From: Lobosporangium transversale | Lineage: Eukaryota | Reading direction: 5' to 3' | NCBI RefSeq assembly: GCF_002105155.1 | Contig: NW_019028981.1 | Coordinates: 1,302,001 to 1,366,000, forward strand | DNA: 64,000 nt | Part shown: one piece after another, positions 52,228 to 64,000 of the stretch | Layout: each line of letters begins with the position of its first letter | Position numbering within the stretch: the first letter of the stretch is position 1 | Notes under the pieces: generated by a model | Seen by the model: only the letters and a program-made list of their open reading frames with translations | Told to the model about the DNA's origin: nothing | Databases searched by the model: none | Program-made: the position numbers and the translations under genes

Positions 52228-54489
52228 CTAAAGGGCCAAATCGCTTTGTTTAAGCTCACCAAAGCATATGTGCCTGACTTCCGGATATTCAAGAGCCTTG
52301 AGCTTGTGGTTTGGTAATCCATGTTTCCCGGAAGCACCTTCGCCAAAATCACCCCTTCCACAAATGTAGATAACCTTGAAGTCTTTGCGGAGAATTCCGT
52401 CCTTTTTGACTTCAAATCTCTTCCTGATACCTCTTCCGATCAAAATTGCTTCGTGGAACCCACCAAATGCAGCGTCCAGATATTCCTCGATTTGATTCTT
52501 GGCACCAGGTCCTTTGTCAAAAGCAAGCTCAATCATTGCTGATTCCTTATCATAAGTTTTAAAGTCTCTGACCGACACTTGAATGAACCTGTAGCCTTGG
52601 ATGAAACTAAACCGCTCATAACCTACATAACAACGCACTAGAATACCCATGCCATCTCTACCAAGCATTCTGGGAGGTTTCTGCATTAGTTCGTATCCTG
52701 TGGCTCCCAGATCCACGTCCAATGGATTTTCACCTGCAAGGTTTGTCGTTTGGAGTACCAATCCAGGGCTACGAATAAGTTGCTGAAACAAGACATCCTC
52801 AAATCCTGCGCCATCCAGGTTTTTTCGATACATTTCGGGTAAAGGACATGTTTTGTATAAGTCCAAAAGTGCAGCCTTAGCTGCTGGAGTAGTTGGACTG
52901 TACGATAATGAATCTTTATACTCGTGTCCATATACTAATCCATAGTCAAGGAAGCAGCAATCAAATGACGCATGAGGTCGATATTTTCCAGGCAGGAAAA
53001 TCTTTGCAAGCGCGAGGCGGGATCCATCCTGTGAACTAGGTGGAAGCTTCCTGTAATGGTTTTCTATAGCGGAATAAAGTTCATCACGTCGGCGATTGTT
53101 GAATAGCTGTAGTTTCTCCTTAACATCCTCAACCGTGAGGGGGCCCGCTCCAATCTCTTTTTTCTTTGTTTGTAACATTTCAATCTCTTTTATAAAATTA
53201 ACGAACTCGCGTGGCATATAGTTGGGGATGCTTGCGATTCCACCTTTTAGCAAATATATAGGATTGCGAACAGATATATCAAGCCTCCTTACAGTTGTTT
53301 CCAGTAACTTATTGAATACTTGTAGCGACAACGGACCAACATGAATGAGGCATTCTGGTGCATCTAACTTAAGATAAGATCTCTCAAGTGCTGCATTATT
53401 TATGAAGACTGCTCGCGCATTTGCCTCGTTCCAAAAGCTGAAAGAGTCTAAAAGCTCCAAATTCAGAAGCCATGAGGCTGCAGCAAGCTTGCCTTCTGAG
53501 GACATAGCACCGTGTTTGTCGACAACGAGGAGTGTTTCTCGACCCTTTTACTGGAGTAGGCGACCCAATATATAGCCGGCGCATGTAACTGGAACAAGAT
53601 TCACAATAGGCTGCAATGTGCCTCCGAAATCAACCAGTTCAGAGAGCTCCCGTGATCTTAGAATGTCTTGATTGAGGGCCAGAAGCGTTGACAGATTGCG
53701 GTTGATGCCTGCTCTGAGGTTTCAGTATTACTAGGGGCTTCCGCGTCAGCAATGTAAAGGACTGGCCATCCATGCGCGTATGCCTTGGCGGCAAGGAACC
53801 ATGCGATATGCGACTTTTCGACACCCGTCGGACCCGATATGCATTTTTGTTTTGGACGTCGACTTTTACTCGTAAGCTCTTTCCATAAATCCATCATCTG
53901 CTCAGTCACAAAGAATTCATGGCCCTGATATCCCTCCCCAAAGGACTTTGGGGTTTGACCAAGATTCATTGCTGTAATTTGATCTCCAGCTTCTACCTTC
54001 AATAGCGTAGAGAAATCCGTGCGCGGCTTTGGTTTGAAGTCGTTGCTCTCGAGCATAGCTCTTATAATACGAGGCTGCGGCACGTTAACAATAATGTGAA
54101 TGCAACCATTTGCTGCACCATCTGGAAAATAAGTGTGGAGCTTTTCACGCTCCTCACCGAGCAACACAAGCGATTTTTCAGGTAGGTTCTCCAATTCTTC
54201 CTCCTTTACACCGCCAGGGACAAGGCTGAGAGAGATATCCTTCGGCTTGGTGGAAGGCGATGTGGTAATTTTGGGATAGATGGCATTCTTTAGGAGACCG
54301 ACTATTTTGCTGGAAAGGATCTTTACTGGGAAAGATGTTATTTCCCCTCCGACAATGCAATTTAGCTCCAGCCATTTGGGTGAAGGAGAGGCTCCTGTCT
54401 CTAAAGCCGAGATGGCGCGCTTTTTTTTTGTTTTTGGGGTTGATGCTCGGTTTGTCCGTTTTGTTTATTGGGTGTGGAGATCTTCCCAT
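52228..54489 (-). pseudogene. Decayed Crinkler gene: CRN header + P-loop NTPase + REase-like domain
   Basis: Across frames: LELNCIVGGEITSFPVKI..IVGLLKNAI..HIIVNVP; Walker A-like ISGPTGVEKS; Walker B-like LLVVDKHG; C-terminal RFSFIQGYRFIQVSV. Frameshifts near 54425, ~54305 and ~53682, and an in-frame TAA at 53550-53548. Confidence 0.78.
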
Positions 54490-56192
54490 GATTTTTTCCA
54501 GTTGTTTTATACGGATTATTTCGTGTTTTGCTCCTTGTATCGACCATTGTTAATTGTGGTGAGTATGCGAAGCAGGGTTTGGTTAAATGAACAAAGATAT
54601 AAGGATAGGCAATGAGGATATAGTGATTAAAAGGAGAAAAGATGTGATGCCTGGAAAATCTGTTCCTTTTATACGTTCCTTCTGTCAATCCAACTGCTCT
54701 GTGTCATTGAAACTTTGCCATTTGAGGAAATTTTAACGCAGATTTTCGCTATTGAGGCACGCCGTATTCAAGAACGTGCCTATGTCCAATCCCTTGAAGG
54801 CCAGGCGATTTTTGACCATTGAAAAAGCACTCTATGCCCCACAACGATTCTCTCAACAAGAACATAACAACAAACGAACACTCAAGCCTCCACGACCCCA
54901 TATGTTATTAAGCAAAGTAACATAAAGCAGCCGAGGACTTTGCGAGTCAACGAATGGGTCCATAAATAACCATCTCATCTTTTCCAGACCCTCTAAAGAC
55001 CCATTCAAGATATTGTGTTTCGTCTGACTCACCCTCTCTCTAAAGCTAAGCGCCTGAGGACACCAAAGAGGAGGGCTTCCTGGACTCAATAAACACAAGA
55101 TTCATGTTCATCAAATTCATCCTACAACTTTCCAAACTAAGCCTTGAATGCCCGTATAGTTTTGTCAGCGCTTGTGAGTGTTAAGCCCAAGTAAGCCCTG
55201 CGTAGAAGATCAGGCTCCGTTTAGGAAAGGTTGCAAAGGAGCATCTTTATAGCGGAGCCTCCAAGGGCTGCTCCTATTCTAAGTTAGCAGATAGACGATC
55301 CCCATGTGAAGATGCAGCCAAAGATATTTAACATCGTTCAGGTGAATAAATTGCCTCTTGATCTCCTAGACTTTTAATAAAATATTTCATTAATATATTT
55401 GTATTCAGCAATGAAAGCGAAAGAAACAAGGATATTCTTTTGAAGTACATGTACTCTTTATTTTTTCTATTTTCTCTTCTACTTTTTATTTTTCCAACTG
55501 ACGTTAAGAATATTGTGTTTTTTTCACGGAAGCAGCTCGGAACGATTGGTGATAGTATCTGCAGCAATCTCTCATAAAAACCGGAAAGGGAAAGCTGGCG
55601 CCAGCACACAGTCCATTAACGGGATCGGAGAGCATACACTTTCTAGGGGTATGTTTTAGCATTATGATCCGGTTCTAGGACGTCTGGATAAGGCCTTTAA
55701 CTAGCGGATGCATGCATTTTAGAAGAATACGGGGAACCTTCAGCGTGGCTGAGAAAAGTGGCCTACAGAGCAAACACATATCAGCCAGACTTTTCCCATA
55801 GCAGTGGAATGATCCAATCCTACTTTGTGCAAAAGATAAGTAGAAGCTACTTTTTTTTTTTTTTTTTTTGTTACTGTTACTCTCTCTGATCCAATCTTCC
55901 TTTGGGGGTGCGCTCACTTGGTTATTTGATTGTTGCAGTCAATGGATACTGTAGTGCCCATCCAGTGAGGACTTTCTTGAATAAGTTCGACAAAGCACCC
56001 GATTTACCTCCACGGTGACGTAATTCAGGCATTTATTGTGCTGTTCCCACTAAGACTCGCCCAAATAAACAAGATCTCCCTCTCACCTTCGCCCGAACCC
56101 TCACTAATTGAGCCATTCCCCCACCAGCCTCCACTTTTCTTTCCTCCCTTTTCCCTTCCCTTCTCCGCCAAACCCTCTATAATACATAAACC

Positions 56193-56716
56193 ATGTCGAT
56201 GCATCGCTTGGTAACAAGGCTTTCAGGCCTTGGCTTATACCCTACCTCAGCCACAGCCACAGCCTCTCTTCGGACTTGTGTCACTACAGCCTCAGTATCC
56301 CGTTATTCAACCGTTGTTCCTGGAAAAGTTGATCTCTCCAACTTGAGTGACAATCCTGGATCGAAATCACAGGTATACATTGAAAAAAATAGACAACAAA
56401 CAACGAACACAATGGACATTTAGATTAATTTAAGGACGAGGAGATCATTTAGGCAACAACAAAAAAGTCAAACTCGGTCCAGTATCTTAATCTTCATTAT
56501 TGCTATTACTATCATTGTTACTATTATATAATAGCGTCTCCGTGTAGGTCGTGGTCAAGGTTCAGGAAAGGGTAATACGGCTGCTCGGGGTCATAAAGGT
56601 CAGAAGGCTCGTGCCGGAAACAATGGTCAACCAAAGCCTGGTTTCGAAGGTGGTCAAACTCGTTTGATCGATCGTCTTCCAAAGCGTGGATTCAAAAACT
56701 CGTAACGTTATTCTTT

Positions 56717-56748
<32 letters not shown>

Positions 56749-57391
56749 CCTTTTTTCTTTCCTTTTTGTCAATTCCCAATAATTGACATCTCCAATTAAC
56801 AATGGGACCTATGTGATCCATCTTCCAATAGTGAACACAAGGACTATCAACCATTGAATCTGGATCGCCTTCAATACTGGATCGAATCAGGACGTATTGA
56901 TCCTACACAGACTATCACCATGAAGCATCTTTTGGATTCACGATGCATCCATAAAATTCAGGATGGCGTTAAGCTCTTAGGAGATGTATGACATCGTTTT
57001 TGTTTCTTTTCTTTCTTTCTTTCTTTCTTTCTTTCTTTCAAAAAAAAAAAAAAAAAAAAAAAAAAAGCTGATCAGATTGTATTCTATTTCACTTTTTTTT
57101 TTTTTTTTTCTTCCCACATGACAGGGTAAGGCAGAGTTCAAGATCCCAATCAATATTGAGGTTTCAAGGGCTTCCAAATCAGCTATCAAGGCGGTTGAGG
57201 CAGCAGGTGGCAAGATCACCAGCGTTTATTATAATCAATTGGGCTTGCGTGTCTTGACCAAGCCTCACAAATTTGAAGAGCTGCCTAAATTCGCACGACC
57301 TATGAAGAAGAAGGACATTGCCTTTTACACAGATGAAGCAAATCGTGGATACTTGGCTGGAAAGACTGAAATCGTCGGCATGGATCATTAA
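56193..57391 (+). CDS. MRPL10: Mitochondrial ribosomal protein uL15m
   Basis: Presequence, [52 protein letters not shown] and DGVKLLG; 4 exons. Confidence 0.93.
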
Positions 57392-57655
57392 AGACTTTTT
57401 TATTTTATGAGTGCATCTGGAGGAGAGACAAGGAAGTGAGAAGGAGAGGAAGATATTAGAAGACTGGCATTTTGTTTTTTTTTTGTTCTTGTTCATTGTT
57501 ATTATAAAAATAAAGAAAGATATTGTTTATTATAGGCATGACTTTTTATGAATTCCATAAGAGTCAAATCACTTTTTTTATTATTATATGATAATTATTA
57601 TTATAATACAATTGGACACAGTTTTCAGGGAGGGGTCCAGATGTGTAAAGATGTT

Positions 57656-59108
57656 TTAGAAATCAGCGCCTTCTAATGCTAGAGCCTTGAGAGACATGGA
57701 TACTTCGTAATATTCTTCTACAACTTCTGCTACTGGTGATGGGGTAACCACAGAGGCTGATGACATCGCTGGAGATTGTTTCACCATATTGGACGTATTG
57801 TTGTTATTGTTACGATCCTGCTGCTGCTGCTGTTGCTGCTGCTGTTGCTGCTGCTGTATTGCAGGTGAGTTATTTTCTGCTGTATTATTATTATTACCAC
57901 TGTTGTCATTGCTGTTCGATTCATCTGGCCTTTGTCCGGTACTGGATGAAGAGGCATCACCATCTTTACTAGCTGTAGCTCCTGTTCCCGAAACTTCCGT
58001 TGAACCATTGTCACCACTTGGTTCATGGATAATAGAGATAACGTGGGACATCACAGAATCCTGATCATTTGATCCACTAGCTGAGGTAGAGCCAGAATTT
58101 GATCCGCTCACTTTGACACCAGAAGGAGAAGGAGATGATGACGACGTCAGCGGCGGTGTATTTGCAGCACTGGGGTTTTTACTAGATGATCGAACACCTA
58201 GACCAGTCATTGAACTAGGAGAATCTCCTGACTGATCCTGTTGTTGTTGTTGTTGTTGTTGTTGCTGCTGCTGCTGCTGCTGTTGCTGCGACTGTTGTGT
58301 TGACGTGCTAGAGGGGCTCAACAGTCCGCGTTTGTTTCTTATGGCGCTGATGGTAGGCGTAGGAAGAGTCGTTGTCCTTGATCCAAGCCCTAAGGAACCT
58401 GTGAGATCTGTCCGGATAGTATTCTTAATATTACTGGGTCGATCACGCATATTACCCATGGCAGAGGATCGACTAGCGTGGCTCATGAGACCAGTTGGAG
58501 CTGACAGGGTTGGATCTCTAGTGTTAGTTCTTCCTTCTCCTCCTGAATTGTTTCCGCTACTTGATCCTGATCCTGAGGTGCTGGTATTTGAAGAATGATT
58601 TGGATTGATGGATCCCTCGCCTCCTCCTTCAGTCATGGTGGTATTTGCAGAGGCGGAAGTAGTGTTGTTAGTGCTATTACTGACAGTAGGTTGATTCTGA
58701 TTGTTTCCTTGCTGCTGTTGCTGTGTATATCCCTCGCCCTGTTGATTCGGAAACATGACGACAGGCGAGTTACGGCTACTATGACCTGAGAGAACAGGTG
58801 AGGATGCAGGTAAGGCTGATGTAGTGCTGGATACGTTGGAAGCAGCAGCAGCAGCAGGAGGGATTGTAAATTTGAGTTTCAGTGTAGGATGCTTTTTGAA
58901 TGTGATCTGACCCTCCCAAAGCCAAAGTGGGATTGGTTTTGAAATCTCGATTTCGGAACTGAACTTTTCAACAAACACAGCTTCTTCTGAACTGATCACT
59001 CCTCCACGCAAGTATCTTTTTTTGGAGGGAATGAGTGGTTTTATCAAAGAATTAGGAAAAATAAAAAACTAGTTAGAGAAGAGGATGATTCCTTTTGAGA
59101 CGAGTATG

Positions 59109-59190
<82 letters not shown>

Positions 59191-59704
59191 GCTATTATGC
59201 TGTGTTGTTATATGTTACCTTAGAAACTCCCCCATGGCGGATGGAACACTCCAGGTTTGAAGCTTGCGAAGACAACAAACGACCAATCCGGTGACGCTTG
59301 CTCCATCCAGACAGTGGATATAAATCGGTAAGTTCTCTTGATCAATGATAACCTATCATATCATGTCATATCATACCATTCCAAGTCGTTCATGTCAATC
59401 AAAAAGAAAAAGAAAAGGAAAAATAAAATAGAATAAAATGAAATAAAATAAAAAAATAAAACAAAGCTTTACCTGAACTGCTTCGACAGCACGATTATAA
59501 GTGAGGGGTACATTATCCTTGACTTTATCCACTGGCAAATGGATCGATCGGATTCCTTGTTGAGCACAGAATCCCTGAAAGATAGCATCTGGTGCATCAG
59601 GAATAAGTGAAAGGATCGTCTTGAGCTTCAGTCTACGTGGATGTTTGTTTATGAAATGTCTTAGTCTTGTTTCCTAGTACCATTGAATAACGCGAAAAGT
59701 GGGG

Positions 59705-59738
<34 letters not shown>

Positions 59739-59866
59739 CGTTTCCCATACCGCTTGAGGTAGCGTAGATTGCGTTGCTTTGGATATGCACCCCTATAGAC
59801 CTCATGTTCCACTGTACCAAATCGGAAGGGTGGAATGAGTGGTGATGGAGACCATGAAGCAGACAT
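57656..59866 (-). CDS. OCA6: Siw14/Oca-family (Y_phosphatase2) phosphatase-like protein, Oca6-like, with a long low-complexity C-terminal region
   Basis: LIPPFRFGTVEHEVYRGAYP, LKLKTILSL, IYIHCLDGASVTGLVVCCLRKLQTW..EFLRY; 4 exons. Confidence 0.8.
59113..59190. repeat. (TTA)n microsatellite in an intron of the OCA6-like gene
   Basis: About 25 perfect TTA units. Confidence 0.9.
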
Positions 59867-59989
59867 GGAGATGTGCAAAATGTAAAATGTTATGAAAGGT
59901 GCAGAAAGTCCTGTACCACAAGTTGCACAGGCTCTATGCTTTTATAGACACTTGTGTTTTATTAATGATCGGTCACACTTAAATCCGTG

Positions 59990-61075
59990 TCACGGCTCAT
60001 AGACAACATCTGTCCTAAGCACATACTTGAACCCTCGGTTTACCAACAGGGCCTCGTGGAGCATACAATCATCGCCATGCTTATGCACCAACAGCATCCC
60101 TCGCTCTGGCTTCACAGCGACCCCTCCATTCGGAAGTACATATGAAAATGAGGATCCAGAATTACTACTATTGCCATTGCTTTTGCTACTGCTATTGTTC
60201 TCTTGATTGTTGGAGGCTGATACTGACGCTTTTGATCCCTTTTTCGATTGTTTGCCACTTGCTCCTCCAGCTCCTTCTGCTGGCAATGTCTTCATACCCT
60301 TGGGGTAAAAGACCGTCTCACCTCCCAAGAGTTCTGAATCCCGTTCACCATTGAGATAGATCAAAACTGTGTACTCAGAAACGGTCTCGCCTAATTGATC
60401 CGAAATATCTGTCACGGACTCGTCGTAATGAGGACCAAAGGATTGACCGGTTTGATAACGATACATTCGGATATTGTGACTCAACCCAACTGCATGGCGT
60501 ACTCTCTTCTTGTTCCTGGGACCTGATGTCTAAAGTAAAAAAAAAAGAGATTGAGCTTGTTATCTTTCTGTTCTGAAAAAAAAAAAAAAAAAAAAAAAAA
60601 GAGAGAGAGGTTCCACAACGAGGGCTTTTTTTTATTTTACAATGCTTTCTCCATGGACGCTTTCGAGTCCGTATTTAGGATGTTGCCACAATTCTGTCCA
60701 TCGATCCCGTAATCCACACTTGTTCCATAACATGCTTGCAAATTCCTCTGATTGAAATTGGATACGATCATTGTCTCGGAATGCATATCCTGGTTTAGGG
60801 ACTGGACGTGGCCGAGGCTTAGTTGGGTCGATCTTGTCATCGATCTGGATCTTCATCTCTTGTTGAATATATTCAATCAAGGAACCTGTGTCCTGAACAG
60901 ATAAGAAATTGGGGAAAACCAACACCTGAGTCGGTCCAAGGACTGTGACCCAACGTGGAGCTGGTCGAGTGGACGAATAAGAGGGCGATGATAAACGCGG
61001 CCATTCTAATAAAGACGTTTGTTCCTCTGTCTCAAGGGTAGAAGCATCGTCGCATGTGAGTTTCTGGTGTTGCAT
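59990..61075 (-). CDS. 2OG-Fe(II) oxygenase (prolyl-4-hydroxylase-like)
   Basis: Exons 61075-60641 and 60529-59990: AFRDNDR, GLSHNIRMYRY, FGPHYDES (HxD), LIYLNG..GGETVFY, MLHEA..KYVLRTD. Confidence 0.88.
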
Positions 61076-61161
61076 GTGTGAAATGAAAAGCTTCAATAGA
61101 TGCAAAATAAAAATAAATTAATAAAAAATAAGAATAAAAATATTTTTTATTTCGTTTTTTT

Positions 61162-62032
61162 TTATTCAAAGTACGTCCAGTTGTGGGTGGCTGCTTCAAA
61201 GTATGCCTTATCATGCGACAGGAACTCTTCGATCGACATGGGCTGTTCTAGCGTTAGGATACCTGCCCCGTGACCACCAACCTGGGTCTCCATGCATTGG
61301 AACCCCTCTGCTTCCAGCAATCGTTTCACTTCAGCTACGGTCTCTGGGCTGACATCTAGGTTTCCCCAGAAAAAAAAAAATTATACGCGTTAGGATATCA
61401 AATATCAAATTTAATACTTGCTGATGTTGGTCTTTTTTTTTTTTTTTTTTTTTTTTTGGTGCCATTACCATCTCGGATCAGAGTCAATGCACACCCTCCA
61501 CCTCCAGCTCCAGTTAGCTTGGACTTGAGACCAATCCTGGAAGAAATCTCACGCACCTTCTCGAGCACTGGATGCGATACACCCAATGCTGTCAACAATC
61601 CGTGATTCACGTCCACCAATTCCTAGTAAAGATGATGATGAAAAAGGTTATTAAACAGATATTAAAAGTTTCGAATGTTTTTTTTTTCTGTTTCTTCTTT
61701 TAGCTCATCTTACTCCAAAGCGTGTCAATAAATGGGATCTATCCAATCCAGGCTGACTAAAGAGTTCTTCGCAAGAAACACTAATCTCATGGATAGCATC
61801 CAACATTGGATTAACAATATTAGGGAACTAGAAAAAGATAAAACAAAACAGGAATATATCAGGCTTCCATCGGTAGATTGATATCTTGAAAATCTGGAAA
61901 ATCTGCAGTATGAGAAGAATAAAGAAAAAACCCCTTACTTTATCATGTAGCTTTCTAACATTAGCAACCTGAACTTGCGTTTCTCTTGGGACACGCGTAT
62001 TTGTAAGAAGGAACCTCAACGACTGGAATCTG

Positions 62033-62065
<33 letters not shown>

Positions 62066-63054
62066 GGTTAAAGAATATCCATATATAATAAAAGTTGGAG
62101 ATAGTCCTTACTCCTACAAAGCTGAGCAATGCATTTGAGAAACTTTACCCAGGCAAGGGCTTAATCTTTTCACCCTTCTTGAACATGACAGCTCCCCCAA
62201 GTGTGCTAACTGTGTTATCGATTCCACTTGGATTCCCATGGATCACCTTCTCTGCTTGAAATGCCCATTGATTCACCAAATCGCGTTGCTCTGCCACTGT
62301 CCATCCCGCTGTTATTGATGATGACAAATGTCCATTCAGTTGAAGTAAGGCGGTCGCTAAACAAACGCTGTATGATGCAGATGAACCCAGACCTGCTCCC
62401 ACAGGAAGATCCGATCGTACACTAAAGTCGTATCCAGAACTGGCAATCTCATCCGTCGAAAGGTATGAATGAAGGTATAAAAGTGCAACGGCTGCATGAG
62501 ATCTGTTCGTATGCTCTGCCAAGTCCACAAACTTTGTCAATTGATCCACAAGTTCGGTATTCATGGTCGAAGGAGGATAAGGGTATCCTTTTTAATAATG
62601 GTTATTGATCGTCAAGGAATAGAAAAGAATCTCAATGAGACATTAGTGATGGTTTGGACGAGTTATGGGAAGAGTAACGCCTTTTTTTTTTATTACTTCG
62701 CACTGTCCTGATCCAATTGAGGGATATAGTTACCTTCCCACCGCGCTTGACGTGGAATATCACTTGATCGCCATGTCCTGACAAGTTGCACATCTGGGAA
62801 ATTCACTTCAATAGCACCGTCTGTCCTTTCTTGAACCAGATTGTAGGATCGTAGACCCAAAGAACCAGCGGTTGCCACCTTTATTTTTATTTTTATATTT
62901 CATTTTCACAATAAGGGACAACGTTAGATGACTGTTTCAGGGTCGCACAGACATATTTGGCCTGAGAGAGTTCGATGAGTACCTTGCTGTAGACTACAGC
63001 GTGCTCGCCAAACAAGATGACCTTGCCAGGTGCAGATGTAAAGTAAGACGGCAT
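61162..63054 (-). CDS. ERG12: Mevalonate kinase
   Basis: SAPGKVILFGEHAVVY, LPVGAGLGSSA, EKVIHGNPSGIDN and KLTGAGGGGC GHMP-kinase motifs; multi-exon. Confidence 0.96.
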
Positions 63055-63687
63055 GAGGCAGTAAGAAGTATTGAATTACGAGATGAGGAGAGATGAGTTG
63101 AGAGATGGGATTAAAAAAAAAAAAAAAAAAAAACGTTCGATATTTCATCCCATGGGGGTGACTGTCGCGATATGAATAGAATAGGAATGCAAATAGGTGG
63201 AGTTGTGAACGATGAAATAGATTCAAACATCATACGACAAGATAATGAAAGAGGATCCAATAGTATGCAATTACATGCACATGTACTCCGCTCAACCTCA
63301 ACTTTTTCCCATCAACAATCAGAAAAGACATTTAAACTACTTGCAGATGGATATGAAATTAGTTTTTATTGATACGTAAAAGGAAAAGAAACAGAATAAA
63401 AGTGAAAGTGAGGGTAAACTGTTAAACAATAAGGAAGCAATAGTAATGGCAGTAAATAACAAAGAAAAGAGATATGCTATGTGTTGTAATAAATGTCTTG
63501 GAAGAAAAGAGGAAAAAAAAAACTGAAAAGAAGAATGGCGTGAATGAGAGACAACAAAGTGCCAAAAACAAACATCACCCATCTTTTTTGGTATCTGCAC
63601 ATTCATACTCCATTTTCAATGTCATTCGTCCTGTTACTCTGCTTGCCCAACAAGGGAATTGCTCCGAGATAGAGTTGTCCTGTCACT

Positions 63688-63947
63688 TTATTCCCCTTTC
63701 GCCCTCTGTGCATCCAGAGCCATCTCTTCATAAGCATGCTCATCCGCACGACGAAGCTTGCCGACCTGCTTGCGAGCAGTCTTGTGATCCTCCATGGTGC
63801 GTCCAAGACGGGACTGAGGACCATAGCCTGGCTCGGTGATGAACTTCCAGTGAACAAGGAGCCATGAAGTATGGTAGGCCATAGAGTCATAGAACTCGGG
63901 TGCCATAGCACGGATTTGAGGTAGACGCGACCAAGCGACCTTGGTGA
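63688..63947 (-). CDS. DES1: Last exon of a sphingolipid delta-4 desaturase (DES1-like); the gene continues beyond the window
   Basis: After a TAG acceptor: (F)TKVAWSRLPQIRAMAPEFYDSMAYHTSW..KFITEPGYGPQSR, matching the DES1 C-terminus. Confidence 0.7.
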
Positions 63948-64000
63948 CTACAATGAGAGAGACACAGGGATAACAAAAAGAAAGATTAGAATGAGTGTCT

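Noticed and set aside
54700..55350. Possible degraded coding sequence upstream of the CRN pseudogene
   Set aside because: No recognisable motif or consistent frame, and no TIR/TSD found by eye around the pseudogene.
57760..58789. Plus-strand ORFs with poly-Cys/Leu/Ala
   Set aside because: Antisense shadows of the CAG/CAA and low-complexity codons in the OCA6-like gene.

Overview
Eukaryotic, intron-rich fungal DNA with GT-AG introns and long poly-A/T tracts. Gene style and Crinkler content suggest a Mortierellaceae-like early-diverging fungus (inference). The first 18.3 kb is an accessory region: a tandem array of six NmrA/HSCARG-like Rossmann-fold genes, two of them frameshifted. The array is interrupted by a 4,340-bp pogo-type (IS630-Tc1-mariner) DNA transposon with ~140-bp terminal inverted repeats and a TA target duplication. 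Between its TIRs, next to the transposase, the element carries a convergent Crinkler (CRN) effector-like gene with a PD-(D/E)xK nuclease-like C-terminus. This cargo-carrying transposon is the most striking system in the window. The rest is mostly housekeeping genes: RPL40, RPL28, CAF1, eIF2B-beta, MDH, importin beta, a LYAR-like gene, BCKDH E1-alpha, TCD1, uL15m, an OCA6-like gene, a 2OG-Fe(II) oxygenase, mevalonate kinase and the 3' end of a DES1-like desaturase. It also holds a Kelch-transmembrane-kinase gene with receptor-kinase topology, a second decayed CRN (NTPase + nuclease) pseudogene, candidate intronic H/ACA snoRNAs and a very tightly packed three-gene run. All calls come from reading the sequence by eye; no database searches were run.
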